NCBI RefSeq assembly: GCF_003334335.1
Contig: NZ_QOWQ01000009.1
DNA from: Escherichia coli
Lineage (GTDB): Bacteria > Pseudomonadota > Gammaproteobacteria > Enterobacterales > Enterobacteriaceae
Length of the DNA: 64,000 nt
Strand: one strand, 5' to 3'
Part shown: positions 9,160 through 24,911 of the stretch, in pieces
Position numbering within the stretch: the stretch's first letter is position 1
Layout: every line of letters begins with the position of its first letter
Notes under the pieces: model-generated
Databases searched by the model: none
What the model saw: the letters and a program-made list of their open reading frames with translations, nothing else
Told to the model about the DNA's origin: nothing
Made by a program: the position numbers and the translations under genes

Positions 9160-10596
9160 TTACTGTTCGCTTTCATCAGTATAGCGTTTTGCTTTGTAAG
9201 CCGGGTGCATCAGATTCTGTACGGAGAAAATATCGTCAAGTTCCGCTTCAGTCAACAGACCGCGTTCCAGAACGACTTCACGTACACTCTTACCGGTTTC
9301 GGCACAGATTTTACCCACGATGTCACCGTTGTGGTGACCGATGAACGGGTTCAGGTAAGTAACGATACCGATAGAGTTGTAAACGTAACCTTCGCACACT
9401 TCTTTGTTAGCAGTGATGCCGTTAATGCATTTTTCCAGCAGGTTGTAGCAAGCGTTGGTCAGAATGTGAACGGATTCGAACATGGCCTGGCCAATGACCG
9501 GCTCCATAACGTTCAACTGCAGCTGACCTGCTTCTGCTGCCATGGTAACAGTGGTGTCGTTACCGATGACTTTGAAGCATACCTGGTTAACCACTTCCGG
9601 AACAACCGGGTTTACTTTAGCTGGCATGATGGAAGAGCCCGCCTGCAGTTCCGGCAGGTTGATCTCGTTCAGGCCGGCACGTGGGCCTGAAGAGAGCAAG
9701 CGCAGGTCGTTACAGATTTTGGACATCTTCACAGCCAGGCGTTTCAGCGCGCCGTGAACCATAACATAAGCGCCGCAGTCAGAGGTCGCTTCGATCAGGT
9801 CTTCAGCCGGTACGCATGGGAAGCCAGTAACTTCAGCCAGTTTTTTCACTGCCAGCGGAGAGTACTCTTTCGGCGTGTTCAGACCAGTACCGATTGCTGT
9901 TGCACCAAGGTTAACTTCCAGCAGCAGTTCAGCGGTACGTTGGATGTTTTTCACTTCTTCTTTCAGCAGGATGCTGAAAGCGCGGAATTCCTGACCGAGG
10001 GTCATCGGTACTGCGTCCTGCAGCTGGGTACGACCCATTTTCAGGATGTCCTGGAATTCGACAGCTTTACGTTCAAAGCCTTCACGCAGTTGGTTAATCG
10101 CATCTACCAGCTTAATCAGGGAAGAGTAAACTGCGATACGGAAACCGGTCGGGTAGGCGTCGTTAGTGGACTGACATTTGTTAACATGGTCGTTCGGGTT
10201 CAGGTACTGATATTCACCTTTTTGGTGACCCATCAGTTCCAGACCGATATTGGCCAGCACTTCGTTGGTGTTCATGTTTACGGAAGTACCTGCGCCGCCC
10301 TGGTAGACGTCTACCGGGAACTGATCCATGCATTTTCCGTTGTTCAGGACTTCATCACATGCGGCAATGATGGCATTCGCTACACTTTTAGGAATGGTTT
10401 GCAGCTCTTTGTTTGCCATAGCTGCGGCTTTTTTAACCATTACCATACCGCGAACAAATTCAGGAATATCACTGATTTTGTTGTTGCTGATATAGAAGTT
10501 TTCAATCGCTCTCAGAGTGTGAACACCATAGTAGGCATCAGCTGGAACTTCCCTGGTACCCAACAGATCTTCTTCGATACGAATGTTGTTTGACAT
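9160..10596 (-). CDS. aspA: Aspartate ammonia-lyase (aspartase)
   Basis: Matches AspA from [25 protein letters not shown]...; fumarate-lyase family. Start placed at the internal Met for 478 aa. Confidence 0.95.
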
Positions 10597-10932
10597 GTGA
10601 ACCTTCTTTTTCAAGCTGCCAATGATTTGCTTTAAACACACAGAATATATGTGGTTTCGAATGTTTTTCGACCGACGATTATCCCCTGCATCGACCGAAT
10701 ACCCGAGATCATATGCTGCTTGAGGATTTCTACCGTAATCTGGATCACTTTAAGTGTCGGTTTTTACCCCTTAATTATTAATTTGTGAAATAGATCACCG
10801 CTTTGGGATTACTACCAAAAATAGTTGCGCAAACATCTTGAAATTTTGCTAATGACCACAATATAAGCTAAACGCGATTCGCAACCCATTCAGGTAGCCG
10901 GGGTTAACCGGCTGCTATTACAGGAGAAACCT

Positions 10933-11409
10933 TTGCGCTGGTTACCTTTTATTGCCATTTTCCTTTATGTCTATATTGAGATTTCAATCTTTATTCAGGT
11001 TGCCCATGTATTGGGGGTATTGCTGACCCTCGTGCTGGTTATATTCACGTCAGTTATCGGTATGTCACTGGTACGTAACCAGGGCTTTAAGAATTTCGTG
11101 CTGATGCAGCAAAAAATGGCGGCGGGTGAAAACCCAGCGGCGGAGATGATTAAAAGTGTTTCGCTGATCATTGCTGGTTTGCTGCTTTTATTACCGGGCT
11201 TTTTTACCGACTTCCTCGGTCTTCTACTTTTATTGCCGCCGGTGCAAAAGCATCTGACAGTGAAGTTGATGCCGCATTTGCGCTTTTCTCGCATGCCTGG
11301 CGGCGGTTTTAGCGCCGGGACCGGTGGCGGTAATACTTTTGATGGTGAGTACCAGCGAAAGGATGATGAGCGCGACCGCCTTGATCATAAAGACGATCGC
11401 CAGGATTAA
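10933..11409 (+). CDS. fxsA: FxsA (suppressor of F exclusion of phage T7)
   Basis: 158-aa membrane protein MRWLPFIAIFLYVYIEISIF...; TTG start. Confidence 0.9.
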   Translation: MRWLPFIAIFLYVYIEISIFIQVAHVLGVLLTLVLVIFTSVIGMSLVRNQGFKNFVLMQQKMAAGENPAAEMIKSVSLIIAGLLLLLPGFFTDFLGLLLLLPPVQKHLTVKLMPHLRFSRMPGGGFSAGTGGGNTFDGEYQRKDDERDRLDHKDDRQD

Positions 11410-11424
11410 TGTCGAAACGCCGGA

Positions 11425-12681
11425 TTATGTGGTTATGCCATTTTCCGGCGTTTTTCGTTTTGGCAGCAACAGCCATAACCCCGCCAGCATGATCAGCGCA
11501 TAGAGACTTTTCCAGCCGACCATTGCCAGTAACAGAACGCATAACAGCCCGCCAACCACCGCCAGTAGTCGATAACGTCCTTGCAATAATTTACAGCCTG
11601 CCAGCATGCATAACAGATAAATCATAATAAAGATGCCATTGGCATAAATAATAAGAGCGTCCAGATTGATCTCTAAAGCATGAATCACCAAAGTGCTCAC
11701 CACACAGCAGCCGAGCACCGCATTGAGGGCATTATTCGGGATATGGCGAGAAGAGAGGCGTGCCAGGTAGTGGTCAGGATTATGTTGCGCCTGCGACCAG
11801 ACCAGGCGGGCGAAGCTCTGTATATAAATGTTGAGACTGGCAAAGCAGGCCAGATAGCCAATCACGCAGGCAATCCATAACGCTCCTACACCGAACAACT
11901 GCACTACAATTTTTGGAAGCGATGCTGCCGCCGCCATTTTTTCACCATAGGCGTCGAAGTGTAAGACGACTACCGTACAGCCCCAGTAGACTAATCCTGC
12001 CAGCAGCAGACCAATCATCAAAGCACGAGGAAAATCACGCTCTGGATTTTTAAATTCCGAGGCGAGATGGGCAAATGCCTCCAGACCGACAAAACACCAG
12101 AACATCACTGATAACGCAGCAAATAACCCGGTAAGTTCGATATTACCAGGTGCCGGAAAGGGGATATTCGCAGGTTTGATATCGCCCGCCCACCAGATAG
12201 CGACAATCAGCGCGACGATAAGTCCGGCAATAACGGTTTGTAGATTAGCACTGGAACTGGCACCGCGAGTACCGATATACCACACCAGCGCCAGCGTACC
12301 GAGTTCTGCCAACAACAGTTGCCAGCTATGCCAGCCAAACATCGCCTGGCCGAACCCGGCGGCAATTTGTAGTGCGGCAGGCAAACCCACGGGAATGACC
12401 GATAAAAACAGCCAGCCGGTGACTCGCTCAAGCCGCGAACCAAACGCCATACCGACGAAGTGCGCGACGCCGCCTGCGCTGGGATAGTGGCGACCCAGAA
12501 TCGCAAACACAATCGCAATCGGGAACACTAAGATAATCAAAACGGGCCACGCCCACAGGCTGTTATTGCCCGCTACCAGCGCAGCTAACGCAGGAACGGC
12601 AAACACGCCAGTGCCTAATAATGACGTCGATAGCAGGCCAATGCCCTGGGCCAGCCCCAGTTCTTGTTTGAGTCCACTCAT
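11425..12681 (-). CDS. yjeH: Amino-acid exporter YjeH (APC superfamily)
   Basis: Matches YjeH from MSGLKQELGLAQGIGLLSTS...; start at the internal Met for 418 aa. Confidence 0.9.
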   Translation of the reverse strand: MSGLKQELGLAQGIGLLSTSLLGTGVFAVPALAALVAGNNSLWAWPVLIILVFPIAIVFAILGRHYPSAGGVAHFVGMAFGSRLERVTGWLFLSVIPVGLPAALQIAAGFGQAMFGWHSWQLLLAELGTLALVWYIGTRGASSSANLQTVIAGLIVALIVAIWWAGDIKPANIPFPAPGNIELTGLFAALSVMFWCFVGLEAFAHLASEFKNPERDFPRALMIGLLLAGLVYWGCTVVVLHFDAYGEKMAAAASLPKIVVQLFGVGALWIACVIGYLACFASLNIYIQSFARLVWSQAQHNPDHYLARLSSRHIPNNALNAVLGCCVVSTLVIHALEINLDALIIYANGIFIMIYLLCMLAGCKLLQGRYRLLAVVGGLLCVLLLAMVGWKSLYALIMLAGLWLLLPKRKTPENGITT

Positions 12682-12840
12682 GGGTTGATGTCCGATTGCG
12701 CCCAAATTTTGGGCAACTGCGTAGATTTTCGATGGTAGCACAATCAGATTCGCTTATGACGGCGATGAAGAAATTGCGATGAAATGTGAGGTGAATCAGG
12801 GTTTTCACCCGATTTTGTGCTGATCAGAATTTTTTTTCTT

Positions 12841-12880
12841 TTTCCCCCTTGAAGGGGCGAAGCCTCATCCCCATTTCTCT
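12841..12880 (+). promoter_or_regulatory. groESL heat-shock (sigma-32) promoter
   Basis: CCCCCTTGAA at 12844-12853 and CCCCATTTC at 12869-12877 with a 15-bp spacer match the sigma-32 -35/-10 consensus, upstream of groES. Confidence 0.75.
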
Positions 12881-12905
12881 GGTCACCAGCCGGGAAACCA
12901 CGTAA

Positions 12906-13250
<345 letters not shown>

Positions 13251-13281
13251 TCCGCGCACGACACTGAACATACGAATTTAA

Positions 13282-14940
<1,659 letters not shown>

Positions 14941-14965
14941 TTGCCCTGCACCTCGCAGAAATAAA

Positions 14966-15000
14966 CAAACCCCCGGGCAGAAATGTCTGGGGGTTTTTCT
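14966..15000 (+). terminator. groESL intrinsic terminator
   Basis: AAACCCCC...GGGGGTTTTT hairpin plus T-run. Confidence 0.75.
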
Positions 15001-15077
15001 TTTGGTCATCTTTCTAGTATAAGATTCAGACACGGACGACGCGAGTGGCGTCCAGCTCATTGATTATGGGGAATAAC

Positions 15078-15431
15078 ATGCACGTAAAATACTTAGCAGG
15101 GATTGTCGGTGCCGCGCTACTGATGGCGGGTTGTAGCTCCAGCAACGAATTGAGTGCTGCCGGTCAGAGTGTACGCATTGTGGACGAGCAGCCAGGCGCA
15201 GAGTGCCAGCTGATTGGTACTGCGACAGGTAAGCAAAGCAACTGGCTTTCCGGGCAACACGGAGAAGAAGGCGGTTCTATGCGCGGCGCAGCAAACGATC
15301 TGCGCAACCAGGCGGCTGCAATGGGCGGTAACGTGATTTATGGCATCAGTAGCCCGTCGCAGGGAATGTTGTCCAGTTTTGTCCCGACGGATAGCCAGAT
15401 TATCGGTCAGGTTTATAAGTGCCCGAACTGA
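15078..15431 (+). CDS. yjeI: Predicted lipoprotein YjeI
   Basis: 117 aa from MHVKYLAGIVGAALLMAGCSS... with a lipobox. Confidence 0.85.
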   Translation: MHVKYLAGIVGAALLMAGCSSSNELSAAGQSVRIVDEQPGAECQLIGTATGKQSNWLSGQHGEEGGSMRGAANDLRNQAAAMGGNVIYGISSPSQGMLSSFVPTDSQIIGQVYKCPN

Positions 15432-15466
15432 TGTGATCCAGAGGCTGGGTGACAAACGTATAATTG

Positions 15467-15565
<99 letters not shown>

Positions 15566-15633
15566 TGACCAACGATCACGTTATCAGTCATTTCAGGCTG
15601 GATGGCTCCAGCCTCGCATTAGCAAAGATGAGA

Positions 15634-16503
15634 TTATTTCGCCTGTGGTGCAGTTTTGCTGGTGGATTGAACACGTAAGTGATGCAGCGCGCGTAAGCAT
15701 TGATCCTGGGTTAGCGGTTGGGCGTTATTCGCCGCTACGGTGCGAACATAGACCTGACATGGCACACCCGCGAGTTTTTTCAGTCGTGGGCTGAAATCAA
15801 GCATTCGGCGAGTGATCGCTTCTATTTCTTTACCCGGCGTTGCTTCACGCGTTTTCACCACTGCGCCGCTAAATTGTTCTTTGCCACTTTCATCTTTAAA
15901 GCGGTAAAGCACCGCCAGATAATGGTCGAACAAGTTATGTTTCCATTCCGGTTGGGAATAGGTGTCATATTCCAGATTGCCATTGTCCTGGCAGTCAACG
16001 TCGTATAACGGCAGGAAATCTAACAGTGAGGTAATACGTAATGCCAGTTCACGCATTTCCGCATTATTAATTGCATGAATGATTGCTCGCGCCAGCATTT
16101 CAATCTGCAACTCATTGACGACTAACTCACATTTGCTACCGTCATGTAGCGTTAATACGAAGGTAAGATTTTCGCCTTGATTATCGGTAAGTTCCAGCGT
16201 GTTAACCCGACGATTAATATCGGCATTTTTAAGCTCATCAACCAGAATTTCTGGGATGTTTTCTGCCATTTTCTTAATGACTTTATCGCGAGCTTGCTCA
16301 TACTGAAGGTGTGCAGCAGCATCCAGTTTATGCTTTTGATGCAGACGACTTTCCAGCGCAATCAGCAGGTCGCGCAGTTCCATGACAGACATAAAGAACA
16401 ACGATTCTTTATTGCGAGGTTCTTTAATTTTCAGCGCCAGTGCAATGAAATTATTACTCTTGCGAATAACACCGGTATTAACACCCTTGATGCTTATGGC
16501 CAT
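15634..16503 (-). CDS. yjeJ: Uncharacterised protein YjeJ
   Basis: 289-aa ORF consistent with K-12 YjeJ in position and length. Confidence 0.8.
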   Translation of the reverse strand: MAISIKGVNTGVIRKSNNFIALALKIKEPRNKESLFFMSVMELRDLLIALESRLHQKHKLDAAAHLQYEQARDKVIKKMAENIPEILVDELKNADINRRVNTLELTDNQGENLTFVLTLHDGSKCELVVNELQIEMLARAIIHAINNAEMRELALRITSLLDFLPLYDVDCQDNGNLEYDTYSQPEWKHNLFDHYLAVLYRFKDESGKEQFSGAVVKTREATPGKEIEAITRRMLDFSPRLKKLAGVPCQVYVRTVAANNAQPLTQDQCLRALHHLRVQSTSKTAPQAK

Positions 16504-16766
16504 GTAGGTTCTCCCTAACCATTTCTCAATTAAATAATTAATTTTAATTTATAAGCCAGATAAATGGGCTTGGTAGTAATAGTTGTTAAAATAACATAAA
16601 TAGCCGTACTCACTCTATATAAACAGAAAAGAAAGGTTAATTATTGGTGTTAGCTATATAAAAAGTAACAACAGCAATGCATATGAATAATTAAAGGTTA
16701 TGCAACGGGCAAAGATTAAACTTCCCAGTTTAATGACAGGTTGCTGTACTTGCGTTTGTTGCTCTT

Positions 16767-16865
16767 GCCGGATGCAGCGTAAACGCCTTATCCGGCCTAC
16801 AGTTCATTGCAAATCCATTCAATTTCAATGCACGATGTAGGCCTGATAAGCGTAGCGAATCAGGC
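16767..16865. repeat. REP elements
   Basis: GCCGGATGCAGCGTAAACGCCTTATCCGGCCTAC and an inverted GTAGGCCTGATAAGCG...ATCAGGC copy. Confidence 0.8.
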
Positions 16866-16897
16866 AATTTTAATGTTTAACTTCCCTGTTTAATCAG

Positions 16898-17926
16898 TTA
16901 CTGCTGGCGTAGCTGGAGATCCAGCGGCGTTTTGCTGGGTTCGCCGCCAATTTCTCGCGCCAGTTTCGGCACCAGATATCCCGACACCAGTGTCAGCAAC
17001 TCACGCATAATCTGCCGTGCTTCGTCATCACTCACCATAAAATGCGCCGCGCCCTGTACTTTATCGAGCACATGCAGGTAATACGGCATTACGCCGGCAT
17101 CGAACAACGCATTACTCAGGTTTGCCAGCGTTTGTGCGTTATCGTTCACATCACGTAACAGAACGCTCTGGTTCAGCAAAGTAACGCCTACCCGGCGCAA
17201 CTTAGCCATCGCCTGACGGAATGTTTCATCTACCTCATTGGCATGGTTGATGTGATTCACCAGCAAGATTTGCAGCGTAGAACGGGCAAAGCATTCAACC
17301 AGCGCCTCGGTGATACGTGCCGGGATCACAATCGGCAGACGGCTGTGAATCCGCAGACGTTTTATATGCGGGATGGCTTCCAGTTGTGTGAGCAACCAGT
17401 CCAGCTCGTGATCTTTCGCCATCAGCGGATCGCCGCCGGAGAAAATCATCTCGTCCAGTTCCGGATGCGCAGCAACATACTCAAGTGCAGTTTGCCAGTT
17501 ACGCTTGTTGCCCTGATTTTCGGCATAGGGGAAGTGACGACGGAAGCAATAGCGGCAATTTACCGCGCAGCCGCCTTTGACCAGCAAAAGCGCCCGGTTG
17601 TGGTATTTATGCAACAAACCAGGCACTACGCTGTGCTGTTCTTCCAGTGGGTCGGTGGAGAATCCGGGCGCGATGACAAACTCATCTTGCGAGGTAAGTA
17701 CCTGACGCAAAAGAGGATCGTCCGGATTGCCTTTCTCCATGCGATCGATAAATGAGCGGGGCACACGCAGGGCAAAAAGCTTTTTGGCGCTGCGTCCGGC
17801 TAACAGTTTTTCCTCCGCGTCTATATTCAAAAGACGCAGAAGTTCATCAGGATCGGTCACAACATCGGCAAGTTGCGTTAACCAATCTTCTCTGGATGGG
17901 GTATTTAGGGTTACAATATGCGCCAT
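16898..17926 (-). CDS. epmB: EF-P beta-lysylation enzyme EpmB (lysine 2,3-aminomutase-like radical SAM)
   Basis: 342-aa MAHIVTLNTPSREDWLTQLADVV... with a CxxxCxxC radical-SAM motif (CAVNCRYCFRR). Confidence 0.95.
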   Translation of the reverse strand: MAHIVTLNTPSREDWLTQLADVVTDPDELLRLLNIDAEEKLLAGRSAKKLFALRVPRSFIDRMEKGNPDDPLLRQVLTSQDEFVIAPGFSTDPLEEQHSVVPGLLHKYHNRALLLVKGGCAVNCRYCFRRHFPYAENQGNKRNWQTALEYVAAHPELDEMIFSGGDPLMAKDHELDWLLTQLEAIPHIKRLRIHSRLPIVIPARITEALVECFARSTLQILLVNHINHANEVDETFRQAMAKLRRVGVTLLNQSVLLRDVNDNAQTLANLSNALFDAGVMPYYLHVLDKVQGAAHFMVSDDEARQIMRELLTLVSGYLVPKLAREIGGEPSKTPLDLQLRQQ

Positions 17927-17967
17927 TTTGTGGCTTAGCTACCAATTAACAAATTTCAGAGGGCCTT

Positions 17968-18534
17968 ATGGCAACGTACTATAGCAACGATTTTCGTGCT
18001 GGTCTTAAAATCATGTTAGACGGCGAACCTTACGCGGTTGAAGCGAGTGAATTCGTAAAACCGGGTAAAGGCCAGGCATTTGCTCGCGTTAAACTGCGTC
18101 GTCTGCTGACCGGTACTCGCGTAGAAAAAACCTTCAAATCTACTGATTCCGCTGAAGGCGCTGATGTTGTCGATATGAACCTGACTTACCTGTACAACGA
18201 CGGTGAGTTCTGGCACTTCATGAACAACGAAACTTTCGAGCAGCTGTCTGCTGATGCAAAAGCAATTGGTGACAACGCTAAATGGCTGCTGGATCAGGCA
18301 GAGTGTATCGTAACTCTGTGGAATGGTCAGCCGATCTCCGTTACTCCGCCGAACTTCGTTGAACTGGAAATCGTTGATACCGATCCGGGCCTGAAAGGTG
18401 ATACCGCAGGTACTGGTGGCAAACCGGCTACCCTGTCTACTGGCGCTGTGGTTAAAGTTCCGCTGTTTGTACAAATCGGCGAAGTCATCAAAGTGGATAC
18501 CCGCTCTGGTGAATACGTCTCTCGCGTGAAGTAA
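17968..18534 (+). CDS. efp: Elongation factor P
   Basis: 188-aa [24 protein letters not shown]... Confidence 0.98.
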
Positions 18535-18585
18535 TGCGGTTGTGGTGCGGCCTGCAGGCTGCACCATCACTTATTCAGGTCAGAG

Positions 18586-18711
18586 ATGATGAAACGCCTT
18601 ATCGTTCTTGTTTTGCTTGCCAGCACGCTGCTCACGGGCTGTAACACCGCTCGCGGTTTCGGCGAAGACATCAAACATCTCGGCAACTCCATCTCTCGCG
18701 CTGCCAGCTAA
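18586..18711 (+). CDS. ecnA: Entericidin A (small antidote lipoprotein)
   Basis: 41-aa [41 protein letters not shown] with a lipobox; too short for the ORF track. Confidence 0.85.
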   Translation: MMKRLIVLVLLASTLLTGCNTARGFGEDIKHLGNSISRAAS

Positions 18712-18821
18712 TTTTTCTTCTCTTCCGAAAAATCATCAGATTCCCATCATTTTTGGCGATGTTGTCTATTATTAATTTGCTATAGGCAAACATAAATAAC
18801 ATTACCTAAAAGGAAGACGTT

Positions 18822-18968
18822 ATGGTGAAGAAGACAATTGCAGCGATCTTTTCTGTTCTGGTGCTTTCAACAGTATTAACTGCCTGCAACACCACGCGTG
18901 GCGTTGGTGAAGACATTTCTGATGGCGGTAACGCGATTTCTGGCGCAGCAACGAAAGCGCAGCAATAA
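18822..18968 (+). CDS. ecnB: Entericidin B (small bacteriolytic lipoprotein)
   Basis: 48-aa [48 protein letters not shown]; paralogue of ecnA. Confidence 0.85.
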
Positions 18969-18971
18969 GCA

Positions 18972-19013
18972 ATAACGGTACGACAGCTGTGTCGTGCCGT
19001 TTGTTTTTTCTGC
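18972..19013 (+). terminator. ecnB intrinsic terminator
   Basis: CGGTACGACA-GCTG-TGTCGTGCCG hairpin followed by TTTGTTTTTTCTG. Confidence 0.7.
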
Positions 19014-19080
19014 GATAGTCACAAAGGTAATAGTTGAAATTCCCCTGCCACCTGGCAAAATATCCGTTCAACCATCAGCT

Positions 19081-19126
19081 TTGCAGGACGACCTGCAAAC
19101 GCCTCTTTTCACCGGGGACGGCCCCA
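19081..19126 (+). ncRNA. Guanidine-II (mini-ykkC) riboswitch-like leader upstream of gdx
   Basis: Two short hairpins each capped by an ACGR tetraloop (TTGCAGG-ACGA-CCTGCAA and GGGG-ACGG-CCCC) about 20 nt upstream of the gdx start; this architecture is characteristic of guanidine-II riboswitches. Confidence 0.65.
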
Positions 19127-19143
19127 ATTCTCCGGAGCCTGAT

Positions 19144-19461
19144 ATGTCCTGGATTATCTTAGTTATTGCTGGTCTGCTGGAAGTGGTATGGGCCGTTGGC
19201 CTGAAATATACCCACGGCTTTAGTCGTTTGACGCCGAGTGTTATTACTGTGACGGCGATGATTGTCAGTATGGCGCTACTTGCCTGGGCGATGAAATCGT
19301 TACCAGTAGGGACGGCTTATGCCGTGTGGACGGGTATTGGCGCAGTCGGCGCGGCCATAACCGGCATTGTGCTGCTCGGTGAGTCCGCTAACCCGATGCG
19401 CCTGGCGAGTCTGGCGTTAATCGTATTGGGGATTATTGGTCTGAAACTCAGCACTCACTAA
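19144..19461 (+). CDS. gdx: Guanidinium exporter Gdx/SugE (SMR family)
   Basis: 105-aa [26 protein letters not shown]...; start at the internal Met rather than the extended track ORF. Confidence 0.92.
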   Translation: MSWIILVIAGLLEVVWAVGLKYTHGFSRLTPSVITVTAMIVSMALLAWAMKSLPVGTAYAVWTGIGAVGAAITGIVLLGESANPMRLASLALIVLGIIGLKLSTH

Positions 19462-19991
19462 CTACCAGGCTGCTGTACCCAAATAAATTTACTGACATCA
19501 AACCCTTCCCGGGTCGCGACTGCCAGCATCTCCTGTTTCACTTCGTCAGAAATGGTTGGCGTGCGGGAGAGTATCCACAGGTAGTCGCGGTCCGGGCCGC
19601 AAACCAGCGCATGGCGGTATTCCCGATCGAGTGCAATAACGTTATAACCGCCATAGAAAGGACCAAAGAATGACACTTTCAGCGCAGCGCGAGTTGGTGC
19701 GCCGGTAAAGTACGCTTTCCCTTCACTCTGCTGCCACATTCCTCTGTCAGGGTTATAGCCTTTATTAATGACATTCAGGCCGCCGTCATCACGCAGGCTG
19801 TATGTTGCGGTGACTTTTTCCAGTCCACGTTCAAAGCGGTGATCAAAACGGGCAATCTCATACCAGGTACCGAGATAACGTTTGGCGTCGAAATTATTTA
19901 CTACGGTCACGCCACGCGGCGGCGTAGGAGAACTGCAGGCAACGACCAGAAATGCAGCTGTCGCTGCGGCAACGAGAGGGAGCAGGCGCAT
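19458..19991 (-). CDS. blc: Outer-membrane lipocalin Blc
   Basis: 177-aa [22 protein letters not shown]... with lipobox and lipocalin motif (GTWYEIAR). Confidence 0.95.
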   Translation of the reverse strand: MRLLPLVAAATAAFLVVACSSPTPPRGVTVVNNFDAKRYLGTWYEIARFDHRFERGLEKVTATYSLRDDGGLNVINKGYNPDRGMWQQSEGKAYFTGAPTRAALKVSFFGPFYGGYNVIALDREYRHALVCGPDRDYLWILSRTPTISDEVKQEMLAVATREGFDVSKFIWVQQPGS

Positions 19992-20079
19992 AAATGTTTC
20001 CTTACTGGTTTTTTTCTAAGTGTAGATGACAGCAAGGAAAAGCGGAGAAAAGGTCCGAAAATTCGGACCCGATGGAATT

Positions 20080-21635
<1,556 letters not shown>

Positions 21636-21645
21636 CTCAGGCTCC

Positions 21646-22778
<1,133 letters not shown>

Positions 22779-22786
<8 letters not shown>

Positions 22787-24587
22787 TCGCCTTCTCCTTC
22801 TTATTGGCTGCTTCCGCCTTATCGGCTGCATCCGCTTCGCCACCGTAAACGCGTTTAGCTGGCGGCAGCGTAGTAATCTTCACGTCGCTGTACTCCAGGC
22901 GAGTCGTGCCATCAGCATCGCGGAAGGCGAGGGTGTGTTTGAGGAAGTTGACGTCGTCACGCTCGGTGCAACCTTCGTCCAGACGCTGGTGCGCGCCGCG
23001 GGACTCTTTACGTGCCATTGCGGAGTGCGCCATACATTCAGCAACGTTCAGACCGTGGCCCAGTTCAATGGTGTAGAGCAGGTCGGTGTTGAACACGCTG
23101 GAAGTGTCGGTGATGCGCACGCGCTTGAAGCGTTCCTGCAGCTCTGCCAGCTTGTCGATGGTTTTCTGCATCAGTTCCGGCGTACGGTAGATACCGCAGC
23201 CTTCTTCCATAGCCAGGCCCATTTCGTCGCGGATCTTCGCCCAGTTTTCGCCGCCATCCTGGTTAACCAGATCTTTCAGACGTTGTTCAACGCCAGCTGC
23301 CTGCGCTTCAATTGCCGCTTCGTTGCCATTACCGGCAGTTGCTGCACGCTCTGTCGCTTGTTCACCGGCCAGACGGCCGAAGACCACCAGTTCCGCCAGG
23401 GAGTTAGAACCCAGACGGTTTGCACCGTGCAGACCAACAGAGGAACATTCACCCACGGCGAACAGACCTTTAATGCGGGTTTCACAGTTCTGATCGGTTT
23501 CGATACCGCCCATGGTGTAGTGTGCGGTCGGACGTACCGGAATCGGTTCTTTAACCGGATCGACGCCAACGTACGCTTTCGCCAGTTCGCAGATGAACGG
23601 CAGACGTTCATGCAGTTTTTTCTCGCCGAGGTGACGCAAGTCGAGATAAACCACATCGCCACGCGGCGTGGAGATGGTGTTGCCTTTACGCCATTCGTGC
23701 CAGAAGGCCTGAGAGACTTTGTCGCGTGGACCCAGTTCCATATATTTGTTTTTCGGCTCGCCCAGCGGAGTTTCCGGGCCCATGCCGTAATCTTGCAGAT
23801 AACGGTAGCCATTTTTGTTGACCAGAATACCGCCTTCACCGCGGCAACCTTCGGTCATCAGGATACCGGAACCTGGCAGACCGGTTGGGTGATACTGAAC
23901 GAATTCCATGTCACGCAGCGGAACGCCGTGGCTTAGCGCCATACCCATACCGTCACCGGTAACGATGCCGCCGTTGGTGTTGTAACGATAAACGCGACCC
24001 GCACCGCCAGTAGCCATAACGACCGCGTTAGCACGGATCTGCACCAGCGTGCCTTCCATCATGTTCATTGCTACCAGGCCGCGAACATGACCATCATCAA
24101 CCAGAATATCCAGCACGAAATGTTCGTCAAAACGCTGGATCTGCGGGAATTGCAGAGAGGTCTGGAACAGCGTGTGCAGCATATGGAAGCCGGTCTTATC
24201 GGCGGCGAACCAGGTGCGCTCGATTTTCATGCCGCCGAAGCGACGTACGTTGACGCTACCATCCGGGCGACGGCTCCATGGGCATCCCCACAGTTCCAGT
24301 TGGGTCATTTCGGTTGGGCAGTGGTGGACGAAATAATCCACGACATCCTGCTCACACAACCAGTCGCCACCCGCTACTGTATCGTGAAAGTGATATTCGA
24401 AGCTGTCATGATCCTGCGCGACAGCGGCGGAGCCCCCTTCTGCAGCAACGGTATGGCTACGCATCGGGTATACTTTTGAGATTAGTGCGATTTTTGCATT
24501 CGGATTTGCCTGCGCGGCAGCAATTGCAGCACGTAATCCCGCGCCACCGGCGCCTACAATGGCAAGATCGGCTTGAAAGGTTTGCAC
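22779..24587 (-). CDS. frdA: Fumarate reductase flavoprotein subunit FrdA
   Basis: 602-aa [25 protein letters not shown]... with FAD-binding GxGxxG. Confidence 0.97.
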
Positions 24588-24699
24588 GACATTCCTCCAG
24601 ATTGTTTTTATCCCACAGCCACGTACTTCAGGGTAAGTACCTGAAAGTTACGGTCTGCGAACGCTATTCCACTGCTCCTTTATAGGTACAACAGTATAG

Positions 24700-24745
24700 T
24701 CTGATGGATAAGTCTGAAATTTGACGAGATCGATTTTTTTAGTGC
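24700..24745 (-). promoter_or_regulatory. frdABCD promoter region with a candidate FNR box
   Basis: Imperfect dyad TTTGACGAGATCGATT at 24720-24735 about 135 bp upstream of frdA; FNR activation of frd is established, but the exact site is not verified here. Confidence 0.4.
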
Positions 24746-24911
24746 GCAAGAGGGCTAAATTATCACTGAAGATGATTAATTTAATTACTAAACCATCAGA
24801 TCGTGCTTTTTTTAGTCACTGCCCACCGCTGTTTGATTCCTGCGTAAAATTTGTCTCGCCGTCGCGTTGCGAGTAGACTTCGTGCCCTTGTCAAAAACTG
24901 GAGATTTAACT

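Noticed and set aside
22935-23936. 333-aa plus-strand ORF antisense to frdA
   Set aside because: Embedded in frdA on the opposite strand; composition is typical of a shadow ORF in a GC-rich gene.
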